Positions 9,321 to 19,520 of a DNA stretch of 64,000 nucleotides are shown here, in pieces (the first letter of the stretch is position 1; the number at the start of each line of letters is the position of its first letter). Location: contig JANRLW010000043.1 in the NCBI GenBank assembly GCA_033762295.1, positions 32,001-96,000 on the forward strand, given 5' to 3'. Under the pieces are notes generated by a model. The model saw only the letters and a program-made list of their open reading frames with translations. It had not been told where the DNA came from and did no database searches. The translations under genes and the position numbers were made by a program. The stretch comes from Capsulimonadales bacterium. Lineage in GTDB: Bacteria; Armatimonadota; Armatimonadia; Armatimonadales; Armatimonadaceae.

Positions 9321-10655
9321 TCAGGAACCGGCGTCGGGATTGGAAGGCGGGTCGCCCATCACGTGAACCACCAGCCGCAGCGCCTCCGTCAGCAGGTCAT
9401 CGCCTTCGAACGGGACATACGGCGGTTCGATCCCGGAAAGATCGGTAAGGAAGGAGGTCGGTCGGATCGCTCCGGTGCCGAGGTGAAGTCGGACCGTCTC
9501 GTCCTCGAGCCGAAGGACGAGTTCGTCCTCTTCAACGGTGGTTCGATCGGACAGAGCGAGCAGGGGAAGCAGCGAACGGAGAACGTCTCGTCGGGTTTCG
9601 GCGCTGGGGAGCAACGGGCCGGAAACCGGCTCCGCGTCGGAGCGAAGCGCCTTCTCGCCGGGCACCATCGGAGCGACGGAACCATCGCCGCTGGCAAATC
9701 GTTCGGCTTCACGCATGGCCTCAGAGAAGACAAGCGGAGGAACGGCCGAAAGGGGAAGGGGGTCTTCGGAGGGCAGCGAGTCCGAGGGGAAAAAGCGAAG
9801 GTTGCCGGTCGTCAGAAGGTCCGGCGTCGTGGTCGGCAGGAGCGAAATCTCAAGCCGCAGGTTGAGTTCGGGCAACGCCTTCGTCAGCAGGTCGGGTGTC
9901 CGTTCCCAGTCGCGGGAAGCGGCGATCCGTTCGACGACGTCCCGGCGCACGGTGAATCGGGCGAACCGGTCGGAGGCGAGGGCATCCTCCCCTGCCGGAT
10001 CGGGATCCGGCGGCAGATAAACCTCGCGGTGCGCCTGCTTGAAGGGCTGCGTGATACGTCGCTGCAAGAGAAAAGCGCGCCAGGTTTCGATCTCCCCGGT
10101 GGAATACCCGATCGGATGCCAGAGCCGCATCAGGGTGTCGTCGGTCAGGTCGTTCAGGAGGTGGCCGGAGACGTCGACGAATCCGTTGCGGGTCTCGTCC
10201 CAGATACCCGAAAGTTTTCGTTCGGCGTGGGCAAAATGCCAGATCAACCGTTTGGCGAGATGTCCGTAGATCGGGTGACGGGCGTAGCGGGCACGCCAGA
10301 CGCCCAGCGTCCAGTTGCGCTCGGGGAGGAAGAAACCGTCGAAGCGGATCTCCTGCTCGGAGATCGCCTCGGTGGCCGCTCGCATCTCGTCGGCGAACGC
10401 CCGGATTCGGTCGGCGGCGGGGACAGACGGATCGACGACCGGAGGTGTGGTGGAGGTTTCGCCGCCGGGTGTCGTCCAGAGGACCCGGACATCGCCGGTT
10501 CCGGTGATGGCGGCGAAGGCTTCATAGCCTTCCAGGGATTCGCGACGAAATCCTTCCGGAGCGAAACCGAAATCGGGTATCTCCAGGTCGGTATCGAGAA
10601 CGGTCCGGGGTTCGGTGATCGGCGGGTTCATTTCTGTTGGGTCCGTGGTGGTCAC
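9321..10655 (-). CDS. DUF4132-family protein
   Basis: IPDFGF, KRLIW, LWHPI, QPFKQAHREVY, VPPLVFSEAMR, IHLGTG-like and YVPFEGD motifs. Confidence 0.8.
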   Translation of the reverse strand: MTTTDPTEMNPPITEPRTVLDTDLEIPDFGFAPEGFRRESLEGYEAFAAITGTGDVRVLWTTPGGETSTTPPVVDPSVPAADRIRAFADEMRAATEAISEQEIRFDGFFLPERNWTLGVWRARYARHPIYGHLAKRLIWHFAHAERKLSGIWDETRNGFVDVSGHLLNDLTDDTLMRLWHPIGYSTGEIETWRAFLLQRRITQPFKQAHREVYLPPDPDPAGEDALASDRFARFTVRRDVVERIAASRDWERTPDLLTKALPELNLRLEISLLPTTTPDLLTTGNLRFFPSDSLPSEDPLPLSAVPPLVFSEAMREAERFASGDGSVAPMVPGEKALRSDAEPVSGPLLPSAETRRDVLRSLLPLLALSDRTTVEEDELVLRLEDETVRLHLGTGAIRPTSFLTDLSGIEPPYVPFEGDDLLTEALRLVVHVMGDPPSNPDAGS

Positions 10656-10791
10656 ACGTCGTTCCTTGTGTTATTGTTTTTGCGATCGGATATAAAAGAC
10701 GTTCGCAAAATCCGTTATTCTTTTCGGTCCGGAATAATACCTGCATTAGGGATTACCGGGCGGGCTGTCGTTCCGGCGGTCGGGTCTTTCC

Positions 10792-10820
10792 TTGACAAAC
10801 GGGTGTTCGGCCCCTACAAT
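10792..10820 (+). promoter_or_regulatory. Sigma70-type promoter for accB-hom-thrC
   Basis: TTGACA(10792-10797)-N17-TACAAT(10815-10820). Confidence 0.75.
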
Positions 10821-10976
10821 GACGGCAATCGAATCCGTCGGTCAGGGGACGCGCGGCTCCGCGGTGAGCGTCTGCGCGTCTTTCGTCGTTCCGGACGTCC
10901 TTTCCGAAGAAAGTGCGCCCGTTGATCGCGGCCTGACCATCGGCATGAAAAACGAAACCGGAAATCAGGGAATCCT

Positions 10977-11513
10977 TTGAGTCACTCACTAACGTCTCCG
11001 GAGGAAAACCGGACTCCCGAGCTGGCCGCAACTGCCGACAACGTCCGGCGATTGGCGAGCCTGGTGGAGGAAAGCGGCCTGAGCGAGTTGCTGTACGAGA
11101 CGGACAACGTCCGGATCGTCCTGCGGACGGCGGCCTATCCGCGAACCGGGACGAACGTGGCGGTTCCTTCCGGCGCGACCGGATACGGACGGTGGGAATC
11201 GCCGGAAACGCCGTCGGTCGCCGAGGAACCGGACGGTGACGCCGAACCGCCGACGATGGCGGAGGACGGGCGTTGGCTGCGGGTCGAAGCGCCGATCATG
11301 GGGATCTTTTACCGTGCGTCGTCGCAGGGGTCGCCGCCCCTGGTGGAAGTGGGGGATACCCTGACCGAAGGGCAGGTGATCGGCCTGATCGAGGCGATGA
11401 AGGTCTTTTCGGAGGTGCCGTCGCCTGCTGCCGGACGTGTGATCGATATACCGGCCAGGAACGGGGGATTGGTACAACCGGGCGATACGTTGATTTTGCT
11501 GGAGCGGGAATAG
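10977..11513 (+). CDS. accB: Acetyl-CoA carboxylase biotin carboxyl carrier protein
   Basis: APIMGIFYRA and EAMKV biotinylation motif. Confidence 0.9.
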   Translation: MSHSLTSPEENRTPELAATADNVRRLASLVEESGLSELLYETDNVRIVLRTAAYPRTGTNVAVPSGATGYGRWESPETPSVAEEPDGDAEPPTMAEDGRWLRVEAPIMGIFYRASSQGSPPLVEVGDTLTEGQVIGLIEAMKVFSEVPSPAAGRVIDIPARNGGLVQPGDTLILLERE

Positions 11514-11530
11514 AAAAACGGAGAACATTC

Positions 11531-12820
11531 ATGCGTGAAATCAAGATCGGAGTCCTGGGACTGGGAGTCGTCGGGTCGGGAACCGTCGGAATCCTGCAAG
11601 ATAACGCCAAGGAGATCGCGCGGCGTGTCGGTGCCCACCTCACCGTCAAAAAGATCGCCGTTCGGAACCTGAGCAAACCGCGTGCGGTCCAGGTGGAACG
11701 CTCTCTCCTGACCGACAACCCGTATGAAGTGATCGACGATCCGGAAATCGAAATCCTGGCGGAACTGATCGGTGGCGTCGAACCCGCTCACGAGTATGTC
11801 CTGCGGGCCATTCGAAACGGCAAACATATCGTCACGGCCAACAAGGAGATGATGGCGAAAGCCGGCCATGATCTGATGGCCGCCGCGGGCGAGAAGCGGC
11901 GCGATTTCTTCCTTGAGGGGAGCGTTGCCGGAGGAATTCCCATCATCGCCGCCGTCAAGGAGTCGCTGACCGCCAACCGTATTCATGAGGTTATCGGAAT
12001 CGTCAACGGCACGACCAACTATATCCTGACCAAGATGACGGAGGAGGGGGCGAATTTCGCCGATGTGCTGGCGGAGGCGCAGGCACACGGTTACGCCGAG
12101 TCCGACCCGAGCAGCGATGTCGACGGCTTCGACGCACAGTACAAGATAGGCATACTTGCCTCAATCGCTTTTAACTCCCAGGTGCCGGTGGAGGAAATCA
12201 GTGCGCAGGGTATCCGTTCGATCGAGGCGCAGGATATCCGTGTGGCGCGGGACCTGGGCTATCGGATCAAACTGCTGGCGATCGCCCGGCAGGATGCGGA
12301 CGACAATACGATGCAGGTTCGGGTACATCCGGCGTTGCTCCCGCTTTCGCACCCCCTGGCGAGCGTAAACGGCGTTTCCAATGCGGTCCTCGTGCGCGGC
12401 GATGCGGTCGGCGAGGTCATGTTCTACGGCCCCGGCGCGGGTTCCCGACCGACCGGTAGCGCTGTCGTCGGCGATCTGGTGGAGATCGGGCGGAATATTC
12501 TCTGTAATTCCACGGGGCGTGTGGGCTGCACCTGTTTCGACCGGAAGCGAATGCTGCCGATCGAACTGGTCGAAACGAAGTACTATGTTCGTGTGACGGT
12601 GGCGGATCGGGTCAAGGTGCTGGCGACCATCGCCGGCGTTTTCGGTGACCATAATGTTTCCATCGAGTCCGTGGTACAACAGGGAACTCTGGGCGACGAT
12701 GTGGAGATCGTCTGGATCACGCATCGGGTGCGCGAGGGCGACCTCCGCGCCGCGTTGAAAAAGATCGCCGAGTTGGACTGCGTTCGAACCGTATCGAACT
12801 GTTTCCGCGTGGTTGACTGA
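11531..12820 (+). CDS. hom: Homoserine dehydrogenase with C-terminal ACT domain
   Basis: [35 protein letters not shown] at 11531 after GGAG. Confidence 0.95.
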   Translation: MREIKIGVLGLGVVGSGTVGILQDNAKEIARRVGAHLTVKKIAVRNLSKPRAVQVERSLLTDNPYEVIDDPEIEILAELIGGVEPAHEYVLRAIRNGKHIVTANKEMMAKAGHDLMAAAGEKRRDFFLEGSVAGGIPIIAAVKESLTANRIHEVIGIVNGTTNYILTKMTEEGANFADVLAEAQAHGYAESDPSSDVDGFDAQYKIGILASIAFNSQVPVEEISAQGIRSIEAQDIRVARDLGYRIKLLAIARQDADDNTMQVRVHPALLPLSHPLASVNGVSNAVLVRGDAVGEVMFYGPGAGSRPTGSAVVGDLVEIGRNILCNSTGRVGCTCFDRKRMLPIELVETKYYVRVTVADRVKVLATIAGVFGDHNVSIESVVQQGTLGDDVEIVWITHRVREGDLRAALKKIAELDCVRTVSNCFRVVD

Positions 12821-12893
12821 CCGGCAGGTCCGAGGGCGTTCAGCGCAGTTCGTGAAGGGAGCGGCGATAGCCGGAAGGGAGCAGCGGACCGGA

Positions 12894-14021
12894 ATGAGGA
12901 CCGATACGAACCGGACGGGGCGGCAGGGGATCATCGCCGCCTATCGGGATTTTCTCCCGGACATTACCGCCGAATCGCCGGTGGTGACCCTGTGCGAGGG
13001 CGGCACGCCGTTGATCGAAGCGCCGCGTCTGGCGACCGCGCTCGAACTGCCGGCGAATTTTCGCCTTTACCTGAAGTTCGAGGGAATGAACCCGACCGGT
13101 TCCTTCAAGGATCGCGGCATGACGATGGCGGTCAGCAAAGCGGTCGAGGAAGGTCGCACCGTCGTCATGTGCGCGTCCACGGGAAATACGTCGGCGGCGG
13201 CGGCGGCGTACGCGGCGCGGGCGGGTATCGAATGTGTCGTTCTTCTGCCCCAGGGCGAGGTCGCGCTGGGGAAGCTCTCGCAGGCCCTCATGCATGGCGC
13301 ACGCGTCCTGGCGATCCGGGGCAACTTCGATGAGGCGCTGTGCCTGGTACGTGAGATCTGCGCCACGGAACCGATCGCTCTTGTCAATTCCGTCAATCCG
13401 GTGCGGATCGAGGGCCAGAAGACGGCCGCATTCGAGATTGTCGATGAACTGGGCGACGCCCCGCATTTTCATGCGATGCCGGTCGGAAACGCGGGGAACA
13501 TCACGGCCTACTGGAAAGGATTCAAGGAGTTTTTCGCCCGGGGCCTGGCCACGCGGACCCCGCGCCTCCTCGGGTTTCAGGCCGCCGGCGCCGCGCCGCT
13601 GGTCGATGGCGCGCCGGTTCCCTTTCCGAACACCGTGGCGACTGCCATTCGTATCGGCAATCCGGCCTCCTGGCAGGGCGCTCTGACGGCGCGTGACGAA
13701 TCCGGCGGTCTCATCGGCAAGGTGACCGATGAGGAGATTCTGGCGGCGTACCGGACGGTCGCCGCCACCGAAGGCGTCTTCGCCGAGCCGGCGTGCGCCG
13801 CGCCGCTGGCCGGAATAAAAGCGCTCCAACGGGATGGCTTTTTCACCGAAAACAGTACCGGGGATGATCTTGTACGTATCACGGTCACGTTGACCGGCCA
13901 CGGACTGAAAGATCCCGACCGCGCCCTGCGTACCGCCGTACGGGGAATACAAGAGGTCGATGCCGACCGGGACGCGATTTTGCGAGCCGTCGGTGAAAAA
14001 TCGATCGACCTCGGTCGGTGA
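12894..14021 (+). CDS. thrC: Threonine synthase (start could be 12813)
   Basis: [32 protein letters not shown]. Confidence 0.93.
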   Translation: MRTDTNRTGRQGIIAAYRDFLPDITAESPVVTLCEGGTPLIEAPRLATALELPANFRLYLKFEGMNPTGSFKDRGMTMAVSKAVEEGRTVVMCASTGNTSAAAAAYAARAGIECVVLLPQGEVALGKLSQALMHGARVLAIRGNFDEALCLVREICATEPIALVNSVNPVRIEGQKTAAFEIVDELGDAPHFHAMPVGNAGNITAYWKGFKEFFARGLATRTPRLLGFQAAGAAPLVDGAPVPFPNTVATAIRIGNPASWQGALTARDESGGLIGKVTDEEILAAYRTVAATEGVFAEPACAAPLAGIKALQRDGFFTENSTGDDLVRITVTLTGHGLKDPDRALRTAVRGIQEVDADRDAILRAVGEKSIDLGR

Positions 14022-14055
14022 TAAAATCAACACATCCGGTCGACACGGAAACGTT

Positions 14056-14083
14056 CGAACTTTGTCCCCTCCCACCTCGTAAT
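14056..14083 (+). promoter_or_regulatory. Putative ECF-sigma promoter upstream of signal peptidase
   Basis: CGAAC-N17-CGTAAT; the same pattern occurs at four other loci. Confidence 0.5.
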
Positions 14084-14135
14084 TAAAGGTGGAGATTATG
14101 CACGACGCATATAAATTGGAAGGGGTTCAGTATCC

Positions 14136-14717
14136 ATGTCTACCGGGTCGATCACAGGGAATTCGCGGTTGAATGTGCATCCGACGTTGGAAGCGCGTCT
14201 CGCCGAACTGCGGGAAGAGGAAGCGCGTAAGACGCGTCATCGAGAACAGGTGGTTCGGGAACGGCGGTTCCTGATTCCGGTGTTTCTGTTCGTGCTTTTC
14301 CTGTTTCCGAATCTTGGGACGGTATCGGTGGTCGGAACGTCGATGCATCCGACGCTGGAGACGGGCGACCGATTGCTCATGCTGAAAACCCATCAGATCT
14401 TCTCTCCGATCCGTCCGGGAGATATCGTGGTGGTTCGGAAGGCGGACGGGTCGTATAAGGGCGAAGACCTGATCAAGCGGGTAATCTGCGTAAAAGACAA
14501 ACAGGGAAATCTCCTCTGGGCCCCGTCGGTGAAGACATCCGAAGGGACGATCGACCCGAAACGTCTGTTCCCGCATTATGTGTTGCGCCTGCGCCCGTTC
14601 CCGAAGGGTTCCGTGCTGGTTCTGGGAGATAACATTTTCCATTCCACCGATTCCCGTGATCCGGAGGTCGGCGCGATATCCGCCGCCGAAATCGAAGGAA
14701 AGGTGCTGTTCCGTTAA
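14136..14717 (+). CDS. lepB: Signal peptidase I (S26)
   Basis: GTSMHPTL (Ser), LIKRV (Lys), GDN...STDSR. Confidence 0.88.
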   Translation: MSTGSITGNSRLNVHPTLEARLAELREEEARKTRHREQVVRERRFLIPVFLFVLFLFPNLGTVSVVGTSMHPTLETGDRLLMLKTHQIFSPIRPGDIVVVRKADGSYKGEDLIKRVICVKDKQGNLLWAPSVKTSEGTIDPKRLFPHYVLRLRPFPKGSVLVLGDNIFHSTDSRDPEVGAISAAEIEGKVLFR

Positions 14718-14771
14718 ACGCCGGAGGGAACGAAACTCCGCCGGGCGGATCGCACGACAGGTGAGCCGTTC

Positions 14772-15743
14772 ATGAGAGATTCGTTACCTGATTCGACCGA
14801 CGTCGTCCTGACGACGGAGATTCCCGGACTGACGCGGGTCGCTTCCGGGAAAGTGCGGGATATTTACGAGGTCGGTGAGGATGCGCTCCTGTTGGTGGCG
14901 ACCGACCGCATCTCCGCGTTCGATGTGGTGATGCGGCAGGGAATCCCGGATAAAGGGCGCGTCCTCACGCAGTTATCGGTTTTCTGGTTCGAAACCCTGG
15001 CCGATGTTCTGCCGAACCATCTGATCACGGCCGAGGACGACCTGGTTTTCGCCCGTCTTTCCGCGGCGGGCGCGGAGATGACCGACGGACGGCGGCGTTC
15101 GCTGAGCGGACGTTGCCTGCTCTGTCGCCGGACACGCCCTTTGCCGATCGAAGCCGTCGTTCGCGGCTACCTTTCCGGCTCGGCCTGGAAGGAGTACCGA
15201 CTGACACCGGCCTGGGATGGCGTGGTGCAACTCTGGGGCGTGGCCGTACCCTCCGGACTCCTCGAATCCGAACGGCTTCCTCAGCCGATTTTCACCCCCA
15301 GTACGAAGGCCATCGCCGGACATGACCAGCCCATTCCCGTCGCCGAAATCGAGTCCTACATCGGAGCCTACGCGACACCGGTCCGCGACGCCGCCGTGGA
15401 ACTCTATCAGGCCGCGCGTGAATACGCGGAGAATCGGGGAATCCTTCTCGCCGATACCAAGTTCGAGTTCGGGACGCTCGAAAACGGGTCGCTTCTCCTG
15501 ATCGACGAAGCGCTGACTCCGGACTCCTCCCGGTTCTGGGCGGCGGAGTCCTATCGCCCCGGTGGCCCGCAGCCGTCCTTCGACAAGCAGTTCGTTCGTG
15601 ATTTTCTGGAGACGGTTCCGGGCTGGAACAAACAGGCTCCGGCGCCGGACCTGCCGGAGGACATCGTCGCGAAGACGACCGAAAAGTACCGCGAAGCGTA
15701 TCGTCGCCTTACCGGACGGGAACTGGCGGGAGCGACCGCCTGA
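14772..15743 (+). CDS. purC: SAICAR synthetase
   Basis: GKVRDIY, TDRISAFD, DTKFEFG, DEALTPDSSRFW, FDKQFVRD. Confidence 0.96.
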   Translation: MRDSLPDSTDVVLTTEIPGLTRVASGKVRDIYEVGEDALLLVATDRISAFDVVMRQGIPDKGRVLTQLSVFWFETLADVLPNHLITAEDDLVFARLSAAGAEMTDGRRRSLSGRCLLCRRTRPLPIEAVVRGYLSGSAWKEYRLTPAWDGVVQLWGVAVPSGLLESERLPQPIFTPSTKAIAGHDQPIPVAEIESYIGAYATPVRDAAVELYQAAREYAENRGILLADTKFEFGTLENGSLLLIDEALTPDSSRFWAAESYRPGGPQPSFDKQFVRDFLETVPGWNKQAPAPDLPEDIVAKTTEKYREAYRRLTGRELAGATA

Positions 15744-15744
15744 G

Positions 15745-16365
15745 GTGGAATCGCTTCTCGTCCGACCGGTGGTCCTGGTTGGCCGCTCCGTTCGGCTCGA
15801 ACCGGTCTCCATGGCGCACTTCCCGGACCTTGCGGAGCAGGCCATCGATCCCGATATCTGGCAGTATATGGGCAGCGGCAACCTGAGTGACCCGGAACGA
15901 TTGCACGGGTGTATTGAGGCCGCCGTTCGTGAGACCCGTCCGGAGGAGGGAGTGATGTTCGCCGCGGTCGCGACGGCTACCGGCCGCGCGGTCGGCATGA
16001 CCGGCCTCTACGACGTCCATCCCGTCCATCGCCGCCTCGAACTCGGGCGGACCTGGTACGGACGGGATTATCGGCGGACGGCGATCAATACCGAATCGAA
16101 GTATCTGCTCCTCACTCACTGTTTCGAAACGCTTTCGGCCCACCGGGTAACCATCAAAACGGACACCCGCAACGAGCGGTCGCAACGTGCGATCGAACGC
16201 ATCGGCGCGACACGCGAAGGGGTGCTGCGCCACCACATGGTGCTCTGGGACGGGTATGTACGGGATACCGTGTATTACGGCATCATCGCCCCGGAATGGC
16301 CGCACGTCAAGGCGCACCTGGAACGGCTCCTGATGCGAGGCTCCGTTCGGGTAGAATCGTCCTGA
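15745..16365 (+). CDS. RimJ/RimL-type GNAT acetyltransferase
   Basis: LELGRTWY, INTESKYLLL, NERSQRAIERIGA, RDTVYY; in-frame GTG at 15745. Confidence 0.88.
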   Translation: MESLLVRPVVLVGRSVRLEPVSMAHFPDLAEQAIDPDIWQYMGSGNLSDPERLHGCIEAAVRETRPEEGVMFAAVATATGRAVGMTGLYDVHPVHRRLELGRTWYGRDYRRTAINTESKYLLLTHCFETLSAHRVTIKTDTRNERSQRAIERIGATREGVLRHHMVLWDGYVRDTVYYGIIAPEWPHVKAHLERLLMRGSVRVESS

Positions 16366-17498
16366 TGCGTTATCTGACGATCCTGCTCGAAGGCGGGTTG
16401 ACCCGTCCTTCCGGAGCGGGGAAGACACCGCTGGAAACCGCCGACACATCGACGCTCGACCGGCTGGCCCGGCGCGGACGCGTCGGCGCGGTACGCCTCT
16501 TACCGGAGGAACGACGTCTTCCGGCGGAAGCGATCTATCTCTCAGTCCTCGGATACGATCCGGAGAACTACACCGGACGCGGCGCCGTACTTGCGGCGGC
16601 CCGGAGAATTCCTCTCGGCGAGCGGGAGGTCGCCTGTGCCGCCCCCCTGGTTTCCACCGACGGAACGACCCTTTTTTCGGACGGAACGGAGGGCATTTCG
16701 GACGAAGAGTCCGTTGCCCTCCTCGACGCCGTAAGTGAGAAGTTGGGTTCATCGCGGATGGCCCTCTATCCCGCGCCGGGAAATCATGGTTTCGCGGTCT
16801 TCGCCGACCTGCCGGGCAGTGTGCTCGCGCGCTCCCCGCAGCGTTGTGTCGGGAAGACCCTCCGGGAATGTCTCCCGGAAGGCGAGGCCGCCGAGAAACT
16901 CACCGGGTTGATGTTCGACTCGCTGGAGATTCTCGACCGGCATCCGACCAACCGACAACGACGCGGCCGGGGACAGTCGCCACTCAACATGATCTGGCCG
17001 TACGGCCCCGGTCGGAGCCTTTCCCTGCCCCCGTTGTTCGACCGGATCGGGCCGGCGGCGGCCGTCACCGATCGTGCGCTGGCGGCGGGAATCGCACGGG
17101 CGGCCGGTCTGCGCGTGGTCGCTCCACCCGCACCCGGTTATGCCGCCGTGGTCGCCGCCGTCCGGGAGGCGCAGAAAGCCGACGTGCCGTCCCTGTTCGT
17201 GCCGGTTCGGATCGTCGCTCCCGACGAAAACCCGGAGAACGAGGAGCATGCCGAACGGATCGAGCAGGTCGACCGCGATCTGGTCGAGCCGCTCCTGAGC
17301 CGGTTCGAACGAGGCGATGAAGCGTTTCGTTGCCTGGTCATCGCGACCCCGCCGGTCCCCGGCGCGGACCCGGTCCCTTTCCTTATTTACGATCCGATTC
17401 GCCCGGAAAACCCTGTTTTGCCCTTTGACGAACGCGCCCTGCCGGAGATTCGGGCCGTTCTCGACGGTCGGCGGATGGTCGATTCTCTGACCCGGTGA
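16365..17498 (+). CDS. ApgM-like (AP superfamily cofactor-independent phosphoglycerate mutase / proposed homoserine kinase) protein with degenerate active site
   Basis: GKTPLETA, DRLARRG, LSVLGYDP, YTGRG, HPTNRQR, NMIWPYG and DPVPFLIY scaffold motifs are present; metal and nucleophile motifs are altered. Confidence 0.75.
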   Translation: MRYLTILLEGGLTRPSGAGKTPLETADTSTLDRLARRGRVGAVRLLPEERRLPAEAIYLSVLGYDPENYTGRGAVLAAARRIPLGEREVACAAPLVSTDGTTLFSDGTEGISDEESVALLDAVSEKLGSSRMALYPAPGNHGFAVFADLPGSVLARSPQRCVGKTLRECLPEGEAAEKLTGLMFDSLEILDRHPTNRQRRGRGQSPLNMIWPYGPGRSLSLPPLFDRIGPAAAVTDRALAAGIARAAGLRVVAPPAPGYAAVVAAVREAQKADVPSLFVPVRIVAPDENPENEEHAERIEQVDRDLVEPLLSRFERGDEAFRCLVIATPPVPGADPVPFLIYDPIRPENPVLPFDERALPEIRAVLDGRRMVDSLTR

Positions 17499-17572
17499 GG
17501 TCGCACGCGGGGATTGTCGGCAAGCGAGTCTAATTGTTGTATGATGCATTCGGAAGGACAGGTGACAGACGA

Positions 17573-18466
17573 ATGCGGGTTTTAGTGACGGGAACGGCCG
17601 GTCGTGTAGGATCGGTGGTCGCCAGGGAGTTTCTGGCCCACGGATATCAGGTGCGCGGGCTGGATAAAAACCCTCCGCACGAGGACCTGCGCGGCCGTAT
17701 CGAAACGGTGTACGCCGACCTGACGGACCGATTCGCCCTGCTTCGGGCTGCCGACGGCTGCGAGGCCATCGCCCATCTGGCGGCGATTCCGACCCCGTCC
17801 CATGGAGAGGAAGGCATTTTCCCGACCAACGTCACCGGCACGCAGTACCTGCTGGCGGCGGCGGAAGCGACCGGAATACGGCGCGTCGCCCTTGCCTCGA
17901 CCTGCTGTACGTTCGGAATCTACTTCGCCCGACATCCGTTCGATCCGCAGTATTTTCCGATGGATGAACGGCATCCCGCGCTACCGCAGGATATGTACGG
18001 CCTCTCCAAACTTCTCAACGAGGAGACGGCGGCGGCGTACACCCGGCGGGCGGGAATCACCACCGTCTGTCTGCGCCTGACCACGGTCGTGGATTTCGGA
18101 AACCGCCAGTACTTTCATTGGTGGCGACACGGTCTGACGAGCGACCGGGAACGCCGTAACGATATGTGGTCGTATGTGGACGTGCGGGACGCGGCGCGCG
18201 CTTTCCGTCTGGCGATTGAGAACGCGGTCGACGGAACGAGCGCCGTCGCCATCATCGCCCGGCGCGATTCCCTGACCGCGCATGATATTCGCCATCTTGT
18301 AAAGCGACATTTCCCGGCACTCGCGCCCCAGGTGGAAACGTTCGAACCGACACAGTGCCTGTACCGAACCGATATGGCCGAGAACGCCTTCGGATTCGTC
18401 GCCGAACACTCATGGCGGGAAGTACCCGAACTGTCGGACCTTAAACCGGAATTCAACGAAGAATAG
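17573..18466 (+). CDS. NAD-dependent epimerase/dehydratase family protein
   Basis: VTGTAGRVG, HLAAIP, YGLSK, YVDVRDAA. Confidence 0.9.
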   Translation: MRVLVTGTAGRVGSVVAREFLAHGYQVRGLDKNPPHEDLRGRIETVYADLTDRFALLRAADGCEAIAHLAAIPTPSHGEEGIFPTNVTGTQYLLAAAEATGIRRVALASTCCTFGIYFARHPFDPQYFPMDERHPALPQDMYGLSKLLNEETAAAYTRRAGITTVCLRLTTVVDFGNRQYFHWWRHGLTSDRERRNDMWSYVDVRDAARAFRLAIENAVDGTSAVAIIARRDSLTAHDIRHLVKRHFPALAPQVETFEPTQCLYRTDMAENAFGFVAEHSWREVPELSDLKPEFNEE

Positions 18467-18482
18467 GGAACGGAGGCTTTTC

Positions 18483-19520
18483 ATGGGGGAAGGGCGTCGG
18501 AGGTGGGTTGCGTTTTTCGGTCTCTGGTGTCTGTATTCGGTCGCGACCATCGGCACCGCGAACGCCGACGTGAAAATCGAGCGTGTCCGGTACAAAGGGT
18601 GGAGCGACTGCTGGAAACTCTCCAACGGGACCGTCGAACTGGTGCTGGTCCCGGCGGTTTCGCGCATCCTGCATTACGGTTTCAAAGGCGGTCCGAACCT
18701 CCTCTGGGAAAACCGGCCCCTGGCCGGGACGGTCGGGGACGGAAAAACGGGAGATTGGCGAAATGTCGGCGGGGACAAAGTCTGGCCCTGGCCGCAGGAC
18801 GACTGGGAGCGATTACTGCCGAGGGCCTGGCCGCCACCCCCCGTCGCCGACGCACTCCCGGTTCAGGTCACCGTCGTCGGCAAAGATACGCTTCGTACCA
18901 CCTCCGACCGACTGATGCCCTGGGGGGTTCGCATCCTGCGGGAGATACGCATGGAACCGACCGGAACCGGGGTGCATATCGTCAGTCGGTTCGTTCGTGA
19001 AACCGACGGGGAGGTCGCGCCCTGCGCCCCCTGGACGGTCACGCAGGTTCCGGCGACGCCCTGGGTAATCGCTCGTCTCCTTCCTGCTTCGACTCTGCCG
19101 GACGGATACAAATCGTTCAGCGGCGAGGCGAAGTTCAAAAGCGTTACGAAACTGCCGGAGGGCGTCTTGCTGGTCGAACGGAACCCGACGCAGGCGACCA
19201 AGATCGGCTTCGATGGCGATATCCTGGCGACGCTGCAGGCGGATACGCTGTTTCTGATTCGACAGGCGAAGTCGCTTCCCGCCGACCACCGGGGAGGCGC
19301 CTGGGCACCCGGAGATCGGGCGCAGTTGTATTCGCAACCGGACGACGCGAACGCGGCGAAGGCCGGCACCCTGCCCTACATCGAACTGGAAATGACCGCC
19401 CCACGGAAAAGCCTGAAGAAAGGGGAGACGGTGACGCTGGCGCAGTTCTGGGAACTGCGCCGACTGCCCGAACCGCAACGGAATCCGTCGGGGGTCGCCG
19501 TTCTGTTAAAATCGCTTTGA
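18483..19520 (+). CDS. Secreted DUF4380-like (mutarotase-like fold) protein
   Basis: Signal peptide; NLLW, GGDKVWPWPQ, YIELE. Confidence 0.65.
   Translation: MGEGRRRWVAFFGLWCLYSVATIGTANADVKIERVRYKGWSDCWKLSNGTVELVLVPAVSRILHYGFKGGPNLLWENRPLAGTVGDGKTGDWRNVGGDKVWPWPQDDWERLLPRAWPPPPVADALPVQVTVVGKDTLRTTSDRLMPWGVRILREIRMEPTGTGVHIVSRFVRETDGEVAPCAPWTVTQVPATPWVIARLLPASTLPDGYKSFSGEAKFKSVTKLPEGVLLVERNPTQATKIGFDGDILATLQADTLFLIRQAKSLPADHRGGAWAPGDRAQLYSQPDDANAAKAGTLPYIELEMTAPRKSLKKGETVTLAQFWELRRLPEPQRNPSGVAVLLKSL

Noticed and set aside
10792..10980. 62-aa ORF upstream of accB
   Set aside because: Its start codons overlap the promoter hexamers; more likely 5' UTR.
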